Positions 1 through 12,666 of a stretch of 51,452 nucleotides of DNA are shown one piece after another (the first letter of the stretch is position 1; each line of letters opens with the position of its first letter). This DNA comes from Moniliella sp. 'wahieum'. Taxonomy: Eukaryota. The notes beneath the pieces were generated by a model that was not told the DNA's origin, ran no database searches, and was given only the letters and a program-made list of their open reading frames with translations. Location of the stretch: contig RSEE01000011.1 of NCBI GenBank assembly GCA_003971905.1, positions 930,001-981,452 on the forward strand. The letters are read 5' to 3'. A program made the position numbers and the translations under genes.

Positions 1-827
1 GCCGAGGATGGATGTGGGGCAGGCGGAGCGTTCCACGGCGAGTGCGGGGTGTGGTGGCCGAGGGCTGGATCAAAGGAGACGCGAGCAGCTGGCGGTTGTC
101 CCGGCAGCGCGGCCGGGAGCCACTGGTCGATGGAGACCGGTGGGTCGGGGGCGGGTCGGGCGCTGGGGCGCTGGTGGCCTGGACATTGAGAAGTCCGAGA
201 GCGCCTGGAGGACACGTGCGCCAGCTGTGCCTGCGCCTGGTTTGCGCCGCTGTGCGGGGCCAGGATGGAGGCAACCAGCGGCATTAGTGACGAGAGCTGG
301 GCTGAGCCCTGGGGCTGGGATAGCAGCGGGGCAGCCGTGTGGGCCTGTGGCTGTGGCTGGGGCTGGGGCTGTGTTGGGGCATGGGTGGACGCAGAGAAAG
401 AGGCGACGGATTGGAGCATGGACAGCACCCCTGGCGACGACGCGCTGCCCGGCTCGGCGGCGATCTGGGCAAGAAGGGCATGGAGGTCGGAGGGCGCGGT
501 GGAAGCGGGCGGAGGAGGTTCTGCTGGCCAGGGGGCGAGGGGGCCGGGCAGAAGCAGAGGAGGTGGAGGCAGTGAGGGCGAGCTGGGGGGCAGGGAGGGC
601 GAGGGGAACGAGGAGGGCTGGGTCCTGTCGGAGGCTGCCGGGGTTGAGGGGCGAAAGGGCGGCGGGCGAGTGGACGTGGAGGCGCTCGAGCTGGGACTTG
701 AGGGGCGCCGCCCAGAGCGGGGTGGCTGAGGGCGAGACGGGCAGGGCGGGGTGGGGGCGGCGGCAGCGGCGGCGGACTCGACGCGGGCGCGCGATGAGCT
801 GCTGCTGCGGCTGCGCGAGCGGTCCAT
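1..827 (-). CDS. 5' part of an unknown Pro/Ser/Gln-rich low-complexity protein, continues off the left edge
   Basis: The ATG at 827 (minus) opens a frame reading MDRSRSRSSSSSRARVESAAAAAAPTPP...DLHALLAQIAAEPGSASSPGVLSMLQSVASF...PQPQPQPQ with no stop seen before the window edge. No recognisable domain. Confidence 0.4.
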   Translation of the reverse strand, partial: MDRSRSRSSSSSRARVESAAAAAAPTPPCPSRPQPPRSGRRPSSPSSSASTSTRPPPFRPSTPAASDRTQPSSFPSPSLPPSSPSLPPPPLLLPGPLAPWPAEPPPPASTAPSDLHALLAQIAAEPGSASSPGVLSMLQSVASFSASTHAPTQPQPQPQPQAHTAAPLLSQPQGSAQLSSLMPLVASILAPHSGANQAQAQLAHVSSRRSRTSQCPGHQRPSARPAPDPPVSIDQWLPAALPGQPPAARVSFDPALGHHTPHSPWNAPPAPHPSS

Positions 828-2196
828 GCCGGGTGGGGGTGGGGCTGCCAAAACGCAAGGGGGGCGTGGGTGTGGCTGCATAGGGCCTGGCACGCAAGGG
901 TATGCAAGGGATGTCAGATGCGGCAGGCGTGCATGCGGCCGCCCAGGCGTGTGTGCCGCTCTGCCAGCCACCGCCTCGCCAACCCCATCCGCATGCTAGA
1001 ACGGCACACTGGGGCCGTGCGCCAGAAACGACAGCCGCCCCTTGCCTGCCCCCCCCCCCAGAACCAGTCGGGGGCACTGCAGCAGCCAAGCACACCAGGC
1101 ACACCAGCGCATGCCGCATCGCCCTCCTGGTCCCTCGTCTCCAGCCAGCGCCAGCAGCTGTGGAAACAGAGTGTGTGCGCCATGCACCGCCCCCGTGCCT
1201 GCCCCCCGGTCTGCCTTGGCTTCAGTATCCTCACAAGAGCCGTTTTGTCCGTCTCTCCAGCATATATCCGCCCATAGCACCAAACACCACCCACACCGCC
1301 TCCAGCCATCTCCACTCCACCCCAGCAACACACACACCTACTGCTTCGGGCAGCTCATCTCCTGCTCAACAGCCATCACGCTCACCGTGGGTCCAAAAAA
1401 CACGGCCCAAAAGCACCCATGTGCGTGGAGCTGCTATGAGGGGGGCATCGGAAAAGGACGTTAACCGTTAACGTCTCTGCGGCTTTGGCCCTTGAGCCGT
1501 GCAGAAACAGAACAAACATGTCATACCGGTAAAGAAGAGCAGTGAATATGGCCGCCTATATGTGGGGATCACAAAAGAATCGCGGAGGAAGCTGTAGCGA
1601 TATTGTGAAAGCCGGAGCGTGTCTCGGCTGAAGAGATCATCGACGATGATCATCAGAGAGTCGGTTTTTGACGTCAACAGAGAGAAAAGCGAGGATGAGC
1701 GGAAAGGCCCACGGTCGGTTGTAGACAGAATGCACACAAGAGTAGTGGACGTGCAAGCGTAGGGGCATCCGGGAAGCAAAGTGGACGAGCGACATAACAT
1801 GCCAAGCGACGGAAGACACACAGCGGTGTGTTGGTGCATAGTGAGGTGGGGTTTTTTGAAGATGATCCAAGGAAGAAAGACGCATTTGTGAACAAGAGGT
1901 TGGGAAAAAGGTGAGCCTGATGGAGGGCATAGTGGGGATGCAGGCTAGCCCAGGGATGATGGAGGAAACGGCCCGCAAGGGAAGGGATGACGATACACTC
2001 GGCGAGGACGAAGACAAAAAAGAAGCAGTACATAAAAAACCCAGGATACACAACAAATTGAAATCTCAACTCGGCGCTGGCTGCGCGGTGCTCATATTGC
2101 ACCTACAACCTCCGCCGAGCCTCAACTCCCTCGCTGATCCCAACGAGACGCTTAACCGTTTACCCCCTCGACATACTCGGCTGCCGCAGACGCAGC

Positions 2197-4494
2197 ATGG
2201 ACCACCGCGACGCCAAGTCCCCGACCATCCCCATACTCCCGCCTACCCTCCGCCCCCATCCCAGCCCGCCGACCCCCCCGATTTCCCCGACGATCTGCTG
2301 GGGCCACCGGGGCCAGCCCCGTGTCGACCGGCCTGCCCCGGGCGCGGCGGGGGTGGGGGCGGTGTGGATCCTGGGGGCTCGGGCGTCTGCGGGCAGCGCT
2401 ATCAGGTACCGGTGTTGACACACTGGCCGATCGGATTGCGCCCGGTTGGTGCCCGTGGCGTCGCACGCCGGCGCCCAGACGGCGGGTGGAGGCGCGGAGG
2501 ACGTGGCGCAGTGGGCTGCGTCGGCGCGGTCAAGCGTGTTGGGCGAGTTTGCGTTGGTCACTGCGGCGGCACGGCAGGTATGCAGGCCGCACTCACTCAC
2601 CCGGCCGCCACTGCACTCGGCGCATCCTCCGTCTTGCCTGCGCCCCTGGCCGAATGGGCCCACCTCCATCCCTCTGCCCGCACGGGTGTGGTCCCCCCCC
2701 GCCCCCCCACCGAGGAGGAGCGGGCTTCGCTGGCCTACGACCCTCAGCGCGTTCACCTGGCCCAATGGGCTTCCCGTCTCGCCGCAGCGCGGACCAAGCG
2801 CGGCAGGATAGCGATCTACGCCAGCCCTGCCGTTCCGATCCCAGCTCGTCTGCCTGGCTATTGCCCTGGACAAGACCGTCTCACCCTTCTCCCATCACGA
2901 TCGACGAATGGACTGCATGGCTGGACGATCAAGGCCGGCTGGACCCATCCAACGTCCCTGTCCCCGTCCCCTCTACCGTAGCTGCCTCCTCGTCTGCTCA
3001 GACGGCCACCGCACCGACACCCACAGTTGCTTCCGCCATCGCCGATGGGGTACGCGGCCAAGTCTTCTCTCGTGGCGTGGCGGTCAATGCGCGCCATGCC
3101 ATCTGGCCTTTCCTTCTGGGAGTGTACCCTTGGGATAGTACCTCTTCCCAGCGCCAGGATATCTTGGACTCGCTTCACACTGAGTATGAAGCGTTGCAAG
3201 CCGAAGCCAGCATGCTGCTGCCGTCCTCCCTCCTGTAGGGACCATCCACTCTCCTCCCCCGAGTCGTTCGAGCATGTCGACCATCTTCATCAGGCCCGAG
3301 CCAAGCAGGAAATCAGGTGCAGACCAACCCCACCTTGGCCGTTGACCTAGTGGACGAGCGACACAAGATCCGATTGGATTGCGAGCGGACCGATCGGGAA
3401 CATGAACTGTTCCGAGTGCCCTTGGAGGCCGACCCAGCGCGCGTTGACCCGTCCAGGGAGGAGGAAGGCGGCGAACCGTCCAATGTGCACATCCAATCCC
3501 TCTGTTCAATCCTCCTTGCCCTCGTGTTATGGGACACACATGCCACTGCCGCTGAGAACGTGGGCCAGCATCCTTCCCCCCCTGCAGCCCAGTTGGGAGG
3601 GTACGCCCAGGGACTTTCTGACCTCTGTGCCGTTCTCTACGTTTCGCTCTTCCCGCCCTCGGCGATTCGGGCCGACCAAGCGGACCCGACTGCGAATGCA
3701 CTGACGTGGGCGTGTCTGCGTGCGCTCTTGTCCCACTTTGGGTGGGGCGCCGCGTTCCGCCGCGACCAAGTGGCGATGACGTCGGCGTTGGCAAGTCTGC
3801 GAGGCATGCTACGCACCGGTGCGCTGGAAACTTATGCCCATCTCGTTCGCACCGAAGCGGACAACCTCTTTTTTGCCTATCGGTACGTTGGTCTTCATGG
3901 TAGTCCCACGTCCCACCAGATCAAAGGGTGTATGCTGACCGTGTCCGCTTTTCCAGTTGGTTGCTCGTCACATTCAAGCGGGAACTTGCGCTGGAAGATA
4001 CATGCCGTGTATGGGAGGCGATCTGGGCGGCCGACAGCGCGTTGGTCGCTGCGTACCCGTCCGATCGGCAGACGGAGTAGAGGGCACCCAGCAAGGGCCC
4101 GGGGTGGCAAGCAGCTTCAGTTTGGTGGTGGCGTATGCATTGATTGTGCGTGAGACCTTGGCGTTGGCCCAGTTGCAAGTTTGATGAGACGTTGCGCTAC
4201 TTTAACGCCATGGCCCCTGCCCCCACCACCGCCAGCGCCAGCTCCGTCGACCAAGCTGCCACTCCACCGCCGACGATCTCCTCTGCCGTGCCTCGGTCGC
4301 GGCCCGCACCATACCTGGCCTGTGGCCGCCGCCGCCACTGCCACCACTATGAGAGAACGAATTGGACTGTAGTATGGGGATGGGCCGAGGAAATGACATT
4401 ATGGGATGTGCATACACTGGGATTCGTTCGCTGGGCAATCGAGGAGGATCAGCTGTCAATGTGGTCCTGGGCCTGTTTCTTGTTCCAGACGTGA
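2197..4494 (+). CDS. GYP7: Rab GTPase-activating protein, TBC domain (Gyp7/TBC1D15-like); frameshifted, one intron
   Basis: TBC motifs across frames: RGQVFSRGV..ARHAIWPFLLGVYPWDS, Arg finger IRLDCERTDR, Gln finger YAQGLSDL, ADNLFFAYR|WLLVTFKRE..EDTCRVWEAIW joined by intron 3883-3956. Start and stop are approximate because of indels. Confidence 0.85.
3883..3956 (+). other. Spliceosomal intron in GYP7
   Basis: GTACGT donor, GCTGAC branch, CAG acceptor. Removal restores the conserved FFAYRWLLVTFKRE. Confidence 0.9.
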
Positions 4495-6116
4495 ATCTTG
4501 GACAGGGTCTCGGCAATGAGCGACTTGGACTGAGCCAGGTACTTGAACGCTTCGTCGTCATCCAACAATTCTTTGTTCTCGTCCCCATAGAGGACCATAT
4601 TGAGACGTGCTTGGTGCACCTTGGCCGCGCGCGCCATGCGCTCTCGCGCCTCTGCAGTGCCTTGGCCAAGCGCGTATCGTACGCCCAATCGGGCCGAGTA
4701 GCAGCCGGGATAGAAGGCGCTTCGAGCTTGGCGGGCAAGAGCGGGTTGTACGGGTACTCGAGCAACTTGGGATCCTGGTCCTCGCCTACCGCACGACGAT
4801 GGAACCGTGCCCCACCCAACTTCTCCTCGATCCACTCAGAGCACCTAGATCCACCACCACCTTGCGCGCTTTGAGAATGGTATACGCCGGCAACTCCGAC
4901 GGCCGCTTGAACGTGCCGTGGCGGTGCATCCACTGCCGGCCGCGGGTGTGCAGCACGTGGCGCAGGTACGCTTCCTTCAGCTTGGGAAGATGCAGAATAC
5001 TGTAATCTTTGCCCAACGAGCGCAGGCTCAGCTCAAACCCGCGCAGCGCCTTGATGTGTGCATCCACCCGTTCTGCGGGTAGGTGGGGTCACGCGTCGTA
5101 GCCCGCATCGCACGACGGCGGGCGGGAGAGGGGGTAGTCACCGGCGCCCAACGCGGGAACACGTTCCAACGTACCGGGCTCTGGCGACCGCGGCGCAGTG
5201 AGGAACAACGTCTTGGGTCCAAACCCACGCGAGGCGAGCGTTTGCTTCAACGTCCTGGCCGTGCCCGGTGGGTGGTCCCATACCAAGCTCCGCACCACCT
5301 CCAGTTCCCCTGCCATCCACTTGGCCGACAAGGCCGAGCGCAGCGCCAACTCGCGCACCTGCCGAGGCAACTTGGACGAGTAGTCTCTCGGTTTCGGGCC
5401 GTGCGACACACCACCGCCTCGGAGCGCGGGCGAGGCACGGTCGGCCAAACGCGCACGACCAGTACCCTTTTGCGGACGCAACTTTTTTCCTGAAAACGCC
5501 GTGTTGCCACGCCCCTTGCTCGAGGCGGTACCCCTGCGCAAACCGTCAAGGTGGTACTTGATCGATGCGTACAGCAGATCTCGACGCGGCACCAGCGCAA
5601 ACGCCCAGGCCGACAGCGGCACGTACTGCCCCCTGACCGACTTGGCAGGCAACAGCGGTGGGTCCTCCCCGAGCCCCAGGCGCTGCGGATCCAACAGTTC
5701 CTGCTCCGCCGTGCCCTCGGGATCGTGGAGCGGGAGCGCACGCGTGGCCGGATGAAGGTACGTAAGGGGAGCATGGACAAACTCCCCCGGCCTGGCTTCG
5801 TACGCCTGAGTCACCTCCTTGATCCAAGCTGCGTACTCTGCCTCGGCATCGGCATCGGCCTCGGCCTCAGCTTCAGCTCAGCCTCAGCCTCGACACCTGC
5901 TGCGTCAGCTTCGTCGGCAGCCTCTTCCTGTCCCTCCTGCTCTTGCTGCGACGGCGCAGCCTGAGCGGCGGCGGTAGCGGCGGCGGTCGGGCGGGGGGCG
6001 GAGACGCTGAGGGCCCGGTGGGGCGCAGCGGCGCGTGCGGGTGCGGCCCAGACTGGCACGCGGGAGGCGGCGCGCAGCGCAGCAGGCGCCCGACGGACAA
6101 ACGCAGCCAGCACCAT
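4449..6116 (-). CDS. YML6: Mitochondrial large ribosomal subunit protein uL4m (YmL6-like); frameshifted
   Basis: L4 core RRGTASSKGRGNTAFSGKKLRPQKGTGRARLADRASPALRGGGVSHGPKPRDYSSKLPRQVRELALRSALS. Arg/Ala-rich mitochondrial presequence MVLAAFVRRAPAALRAASR from ATG 6116. C-terminal L4 element YTILKARKVVVDLGAL.EWIEEKL. Confidence 0.9.
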
Positions 6117-6936
6117 CGCGGAGCACACCGTAGCACTCTGCCAAGCGACGCAGAAGCCGTCCCACCCCCTCCTTGGCCCCCGCCTTCTTCTCGGCAGAAG
6201 GCGGAAGGGTTACGCTCATTCCGCCCCTAGCCCCGCTTCTATTGCCTCACGTGACCACCCACCCAGCCAGTTGAGTTTCCCACTCCCCTCCGTCACCCAT
6301 CGATCTGTGCATTCAGCCATGGCACGTGACCCACGGTTGTGTACTTCCCTCGGTTCCTATCTCGCCCACTTTGTCCAATCCATCCAATCCATCCATCCCA
6401 AGCTATCACGTACCAACATTCAACCGAGCAGTCATGGACACGAACATGAGATGGTGCGAAGGCCAAGGGCAAAAGACGAAGAGCATGCCAGCAGGGACAA
6501 AGAGGGGAGAGGAGGGGGGGGGGGTACAAGAGGCAAATGGTGAGGTGTTTGAATAGTGGTGTGTTTGGACAATTGAGCAGGCGAAAGAACAAAGAGTAGT
6601 ATGCAAAAAAGCGTCGGTCCGAAGCATGAGGACGAAGAACGGCCAACAGAAACAGAGGAGGACAATGGACGATGGAAAGATGGGAAGATGGGAAGATGGG
6701 GAAAGAAGTAAGTACATGTACAGTGGATGGTCGTTGGGACGTTGTGATGGCAAAAAATGGTAACGGTGGACCCCTAGTGAAAACCGGGTGGAAGTGGAAC
6801 GAAGGACAGACAAATGACACAGAACAGGCAGAGAAAAAGTTTAAAAAAATGGCAGGAAACGTGAAGGCTTGAAGCGCAGAAGGATGAAGTTGATGTGTGC
6901 ATCAGGGAGGGACAACGCCGCAGCAAGACGTGGGGT

Positions 6937-9900
6937 TTAGACAAAGTATCGCTCGTTGAGGTGAGCCACCTCTTGGGCAAAGCTACCCCACGCAAGGCGC
7001 ATGGCGCGTGGGTGCACACCGCGCGAGGATCCGTAGCCAACTGATGGTGACCATACCCGCACGAGCACACTGGGTTCCGGTTCGGATTCGGATTCGGATT
7101 GGGAGCCTTGCCTCCGGCGGGCGCACGCAGACCCGCGACGACCGTCGTGTCGCGCTCCATGGCATTGGCGTTCGCGGCATACGTGCCACACGCAGGCAGA
7201 GGCAAGGGAGCCGGCAACGTGGCACGAATGCAAGCGGATCCGATGCCCAAGTCGCAGTCCAGCGGCTCTTCTTCTTCCAGCTCATACACTTCCTCCAGTA
7301 CCGCCCCGCCCGTCGCCGAAGGCCGAGCAAGAAGCACGCCATTGTTATCCGTCGTGCGCGAAGCCGACTTGATCTGCCGGCGGTACTGCTGGCACTCGGG
7401 CAGGCCAACGAGGTGTGGTCCATGTGGGTCGCTTTGCTCAGGCGAGTGGGCAAGGCCGTGCGAATGCGCATGCGCAATCGTCAGGGCAGTCCAGGGGTCG
7501 GAGCTTGGCCTCGGCGCTTCATCCAATTCCATCACATCATCGTCGCCATCGCCGTCGTCGAGAGGGTGGCACGTCTGGCGCAGAACGAGCTGGGGACAGG
7601 TAACTCTCCCAGCCTCGCAGTTCCCAAAAGAAGAGCAGATGAGGTTGGATGAGAATGTTGAGGCGGCGGGAACGGACAAGAAGGTAGGCCTCAATGAGGG
7701 AAAGGTTGAGGTGAGCCATGACGTAGGCAAGCACAATCGTCGATGACCGAGATACACCCACACGACAATGAACCAGTACCTTCCCCCCGCGCGACGAGCC
7801 GAATCAATGTACTCGACCGCTTGTTTCATCGTGGACCGCAACGGGTCGATCCCGTCGTCCGCGACGCCCTGAACGTTGAGGACGGAAATGCGGCCCGCTT
7901 CACGTTCGGCCCACAGTGACGTCGTAGGCCAGCTTGCCCCACCTCCCAGGGACAAAGGAGCTGCCATGGCGGCATGCGAACCTGGCTCTTTGCTCGCCGC
8001 AAACGGTGTGGTGGATTCCATACCGGGAGGGGCAGAAAGCGCCGATTCACCCACAGAGACGACATGCGTGATACCCAGAGCACGGAGCATGCCCGCGTTC
8101 ATCGCCTGGTTGAGGTTGCCGAGGTACAAAAAGTCCAGGATGCGCGAGGGGAACGATCCCTCAAACAGCCCATCATAAAACCACGAGTAACGAGCCAGGG
8201 CGTCAGGTGAGGATGCCGATGCGTCGGGCGCCTTGGAGATGGAGGGCAGCAAAGTAGACGGCTGGTGGGGCGCAGCGTGCGGCACGAGCGGGGTGGGCCA
8301 CTTGGAGCTGCGCAGGCGAGCCTCGATGAGCTGCAGCATCGGGACCTCGCGCGGGTAGACAAAGAAGGATCGCTGGAGATCATTTTGGAGGAAAAGGTAC
8401 GCTTCCGGAGACGCATGCCCGGATGCGTGTACATAATGTAGGTGAGAGCCAGGATGGAGGTCTCGGTGTAGCCATCGGCACAGTGAATGAGCACCTTGCG
8501 CGGCAGCATCCGTCCTGCCCGGTGGGGGAACGCACCCGGATCGGCCTGTTCCTTGATCCAAACCGCCAACTGGATCATCTGGTCTGCAAATTGGTGAGCC
8601 ACACCGGGTTCGGCCAACGCCTTGTCCGACGCCGGCACAGCGCATTCCATCAGCACAATGCTGGCGAGCGGTACGGGCACGGGTGCCATTGTAGCCCCCG
8701 TAGCACGGGCGGTGGGGGGACTGTAGGCCTCGGTAGCCACCAGGGCGTGTGTCGATGACGGCGTCGTAGACCATCCACGTGGTCCAAGGGAGAGACCCAA
8801 CGATCCCCCCGCCGTGGTTGCAGCGCCTTCTGCAGGGCGCGCCAAGGGTGCCGTGGCAGAGGAGAGAACGTCAGGCAAACTGCAGGCAGCGTGATACGAC
8901 TGCTGGAGCGAATCCATGTACTGCGCCGCACCTTGCAGTTTGTCCTCCCGTGGCATCGCTCCGTTTTCGTGCGCTTCAATGCAGACGGCATAGTTGTTGG
9001 GATTGGTGCGAGGCGCAGCATCCACATTGGTCCAGTCGCTGCTGGGCATGTCGACCTCGGGCGCAGGAAGGTCCCCATTGGAGCCGATCCACACATTGGT
9101 GTCGAGGGGGCTGGCACGTGTCAAAATTTCCATCTCCTCTCGCTCACCATCAACAAAGTCGACGCGGTTCAGCGACTTGCCAGTTGAAGTGATGGCCACC
9201 AGCTCGGGGTAGCGCTGTTCAAACACATCGAAGGAGTCTGTGATCAAATACGGTGGTTAGTGGAACGAGCCATGGAAATAAGGGGTTGAGACGCACCTTC
9301 AACGACGAAGACATTGTACCGAAGCGAGCCGAGTCCACGGGCCAAACGCTCTTGGTACATCTCCTCTTGAGCATGACGGAAGCAGGCGGCAAGCTCCAGT
9401 ACTCCGTCGTGCAAACCAGCGGGAGAGTAGAGCACAATGTCGGAAATTGTAGCATACTTGGCGCACTGGATGCGGAAGTTGCGCAAGCTCACACCCGACG
9501 ATTGCCGAGGTCGGACAAAACTCGGCCCAGTCGAGGAAAAGTACGCAGACGGTCCTCCGGTGCCAGCACCGGGGGCTGGGGTAGCGTGAGCAGGTCGTTG
9601 GGGAAAACGGTCGAAGCGAGAATGGAGTGGCCCGGCTGGGGATCCAGCTGCACAGCCGAGGTGCTCATAGAATAAAGGTGGGAAGCCCTCCTGTCGTTCT
9701 CATCTGCCTTGGAGGGCACCTCTTCCCAGCATAATGGGGCAGGATGGCTATCTACGCTGGTCGCAATGGATGACTCGGTGTCCAACCCAGACCCAGTAAG
9801 GCCCAAGCTACTGTGCTGCGAGCTGAGCGAGCTCCGCGGCAGTTCGCTCACACTGCTGTCCACTGACTCGAGTCACAAGAGAGGCCGCGGTCACGGGTGG

Positions 9901-10831
9901 CCTCGTCCAGAGGCGGTGATGTGGTGCTCTCCGTGCACGGTCCAGGGGCCGACATGGAGGAGGATGACCCCAACGACGATGGCGAGTCCAGGGGTGGAGA
10001 CGACGTAGACGGCGAAGAAGACGAGGACGCAGACTTGCTGTTGTCCCAGTGACCTGAGCCGGTGGAGCGATAAATGTGATGGCCGGGACGTGGCATGTCA
10101 GCCCGCACAATAGTTAGGCCACGGTAGTTTGGGGTGGGCATGCCCGACACGGGCGCGCCGAAAAAGAGGTTTTGAGGATATTGTCGCCGTCGACGCCATG
10201 CAAAAAGGGAAAGACGACGGCATGAGGCACATCCAACGCCACATAACGGGCATACAGATCGGCAAACTGATCTGCCGTCATACGGCGTACAGGCGATGAG
10301 CTGTTTTCCTCTGCTTCTAGTCGAGGAGAGAGCGGCCAGGCTGTTGCACCGCGCACAGGCAGGTGACGAGCATGAGGAACAGCCTTTGTGGTAGGCGACG
10401 AATAGCATGGCGATCCGTAGGTCGGAGTGGCCGCCTGAGAAGGCTCATTGACAGCACTGGGCACGCCAATGGGGGGTAGACACTGAGATCCCGGTGACGC
10501 AGACCCCAGCTGGGATGCTCATTTTCCGCCAGCAGTGGCGTCGGGCTCGATTCGAGCTGGGAAAGCGACAGCGAGTGGCGAGACGGCACCGAGCTGGCCA
10601 CGGAGGGTACGGAAGAGGGCTGATCGTGAGGAGGAGCGGCAGAGCCAGAGGTGGAGGTGGAGGCGAAGGCGTGCACGTCCGGCTCGCTCGCACGTGTCAG
10701 AGCTCCGCGGACTGGTGGCGACGGAGCCGCGGGGGCGGCGGCGGCGGTGGGGAGGGTGTAAGCCACATCGGTGGACGAGGCGGCGCCGTGGCGCTGGGCG
10801 ACTGGGGGAGGGGGACGTTGATGGCCGACAT
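6937..10831 (-). CDS. PPS1: Dual-specificity protein phosphatase, Pps1-like; frameshifted, one intron
   Basis: [60 protein letters not shown], degenerate first loop [25 protein letters not shown], active loop [12 protein letters not shown] (after restoring one G in the G-run at 7783-7788), [12 protein letters not shown]-terminal [17 protein letters not shown] at 6937. Start ATG is tentative. Confidence 0.88.
9238..9296 (-). other. Spliceosomal intron in PPS1
   Basis: GTGCGT donor, ACTAAC branch, CAG acceptor. Joins YNVFVVE|DSFDVFE in frame. Confidence 0.85.
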
Positions 10832-11629
10832 GACCACCGCAAGGCTGGGGCAGAGGGTGGGGAGAAAGGAAGGCGTGGGAGCTGGGCAAGGGGGTGGGGG
10901 TGGAAGGGGGGAGGTGGAGATGGAGACGGGGCGGAAGATGGAGACTGCAGGGGGTCTGCTGCCGCAGCACAGCCGTCGTTCCCACCCTTTATGAGATTAG
11001 AGCGAAGAGTACTTACTTAGCACTTAGTACGCCAACCTGCCCACCCAGCATACACCGCACCACCCGCACCAGCCCACAGCTGGCCTGGCGCTGCCCTCCG
11101 ACGTGTGAGGTGGGATGCATGATGCAGGATGGGTGACCGGGGCGGAGGGCGGTGGGGGCGGAGGGCGGTGGGCTGCAGCCAGTGGACCCACCCGCACAGC
11201 GCGCCCATGCCCCAGCCCACTGCGGCCCTGGCCCTGCATTCGGCCGGGGGGGCAAGAGTGCCGCAGTGGCTGCCATGCGCCTCCCGACGCACAGGCCGCT
11301 GGCGGTGTTCGATCGGCAGGACTCGGGCTGCTTGTACAGCCTGTACAGCGGTTAGTGTCCTCCAGTGCTTGCGTGCTGGAAGGCAGCTTCAGCCAGCACT
11401 CCGCCGCCCTGCCTCAGCGCTGGCCTGCGCTGGCGCATCCGCTCAGCAGCACCACGCATCATGCATCCCAACGGCTACGTCACAAGCTTTAGGCGTCGCA
11501 GCATCACCCATCACGATCTTATCGCCTCGGAATGTAGAAACACATTACGCAGTGCCCATTCGAATCACCCACCGGCCCATCTGCCCATCGTACACCACCA
11601 TCAGCATCGCCCTTGCTGCTCAACGCAGG

Positions 11630-11650
11630 TAACTAGTAACTAGTAACTAG
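11630..11650. repeat. (TAACTAG)3 heptamer tandem repeat
   Basis: taactagtaactagtaactag, followed by further degenerate CTAGT units to ~11720. Confidence 0.85.
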
Positions 11651-12388
11651 TGAGCAAGTAGCTAGTAAGCTACAGTGCACTCTCTTACCTGGGAAAGCTA
11701 GTAATGCTAGTGATGACTAGCCCGCAGTGGTGCCCCGCATTGGGTCACCTGTCACTGAAGTCACTGATCACTGGTGGAGGAAGGCCACTGGCTGGTATCA
11801 TGCATTCGGTGCATGCATGGAGGCGCTTGCCCAGAGGCTGATGGGGTTGGGCCTATATCCTCAACCGCTCCACCGCCCCCCATGAGTGGTCTGATGCCGC
11901 ATGCGATGCTTGTTGGGAGCGGGCATGTCTGATTCGAAGAGCTGGCAATATATGGCAGCCCCATCCCATCCCTTGCCTCGTTCCTGGCACCGGTCCCCTT
12001 CTGAGATCTGAATGAGGCAGGGTGCGAGTGTGGCGTTGCATCAGCTGCGCCGAGGGCTCAGCGCGCTCATGGCGCTCATGCGCTCATGCATCATCTATTG
12101 CGGGATGGAGCGTCTTGCGCGCCTTAGGCCTTATTGGGCCCTGGGAAACTAATCTGCCTTTCAGCCATTCTCGAATCTGGGTTCAGCCAACGGCAAAAGC
12201 ATAATTGCGTGTGGAGAGGTTCTATCTATACCACCGCCAAAGCGACAAGGCGCAGTACGTACATGCTTTGTCTGCGCCAACCGCGATGGCAGTACACCAG
12301 AGGGGAGATATAGGGCCACGTTTTGCTTTGGCTGTACGTTGGTTGCTGCAGGCGGCAGAAGATTGGTAGGGCCGGGTCTGTCGGGGTG

Positions 12389-12420
12389 TTCTGAGTTTCT
12401 GAGTCCTGAGTTCTGAGTTC
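12389..12420. repeat. (TTCTGAG)~4 imperfect heptamer repeat
   Basis: ttctgag tttctgag tcctgag ttctgag ttc. Confidence 0.8.
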
Positions 12421-12608
12421 GGACGGTTTTTCTGCTGCCTTCTGAATCGTTGTCGTGTCCCATTCCATTGTCAATAGAAACTCTTTAGCAAACATATTAT
12501 CCCTCTGCGTTATCAAAACGTACATCATGCATCAACATCAACAGAGTCCCAGCCCTGTTGGGGACCCAGCCCAGCCTCCCTACTCGTCTTCGACGGCCAC
12601 CACCATAC

Positions 12609-12666
12609 CATCATGCATCAGGTATCAGGCCTCAGGCATCTGGCATCATGCATCAGGTGCATCAGG
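12609..12666. repeat. Degenerate (GCATCAG)n heptamer array
   Basis: catcat gcatcag gtatcag gcctcag gcatctg gcatcat gcatcag gt gcatcag. Confidence 0.7.

Noticed and set aside
8455..8500. Catalytically dead HCADGYTET loop suggesting a pseudophosphatase
   Set aside because: A known feature of the Pps1 family. The second domain retains HCRVGVSRS.
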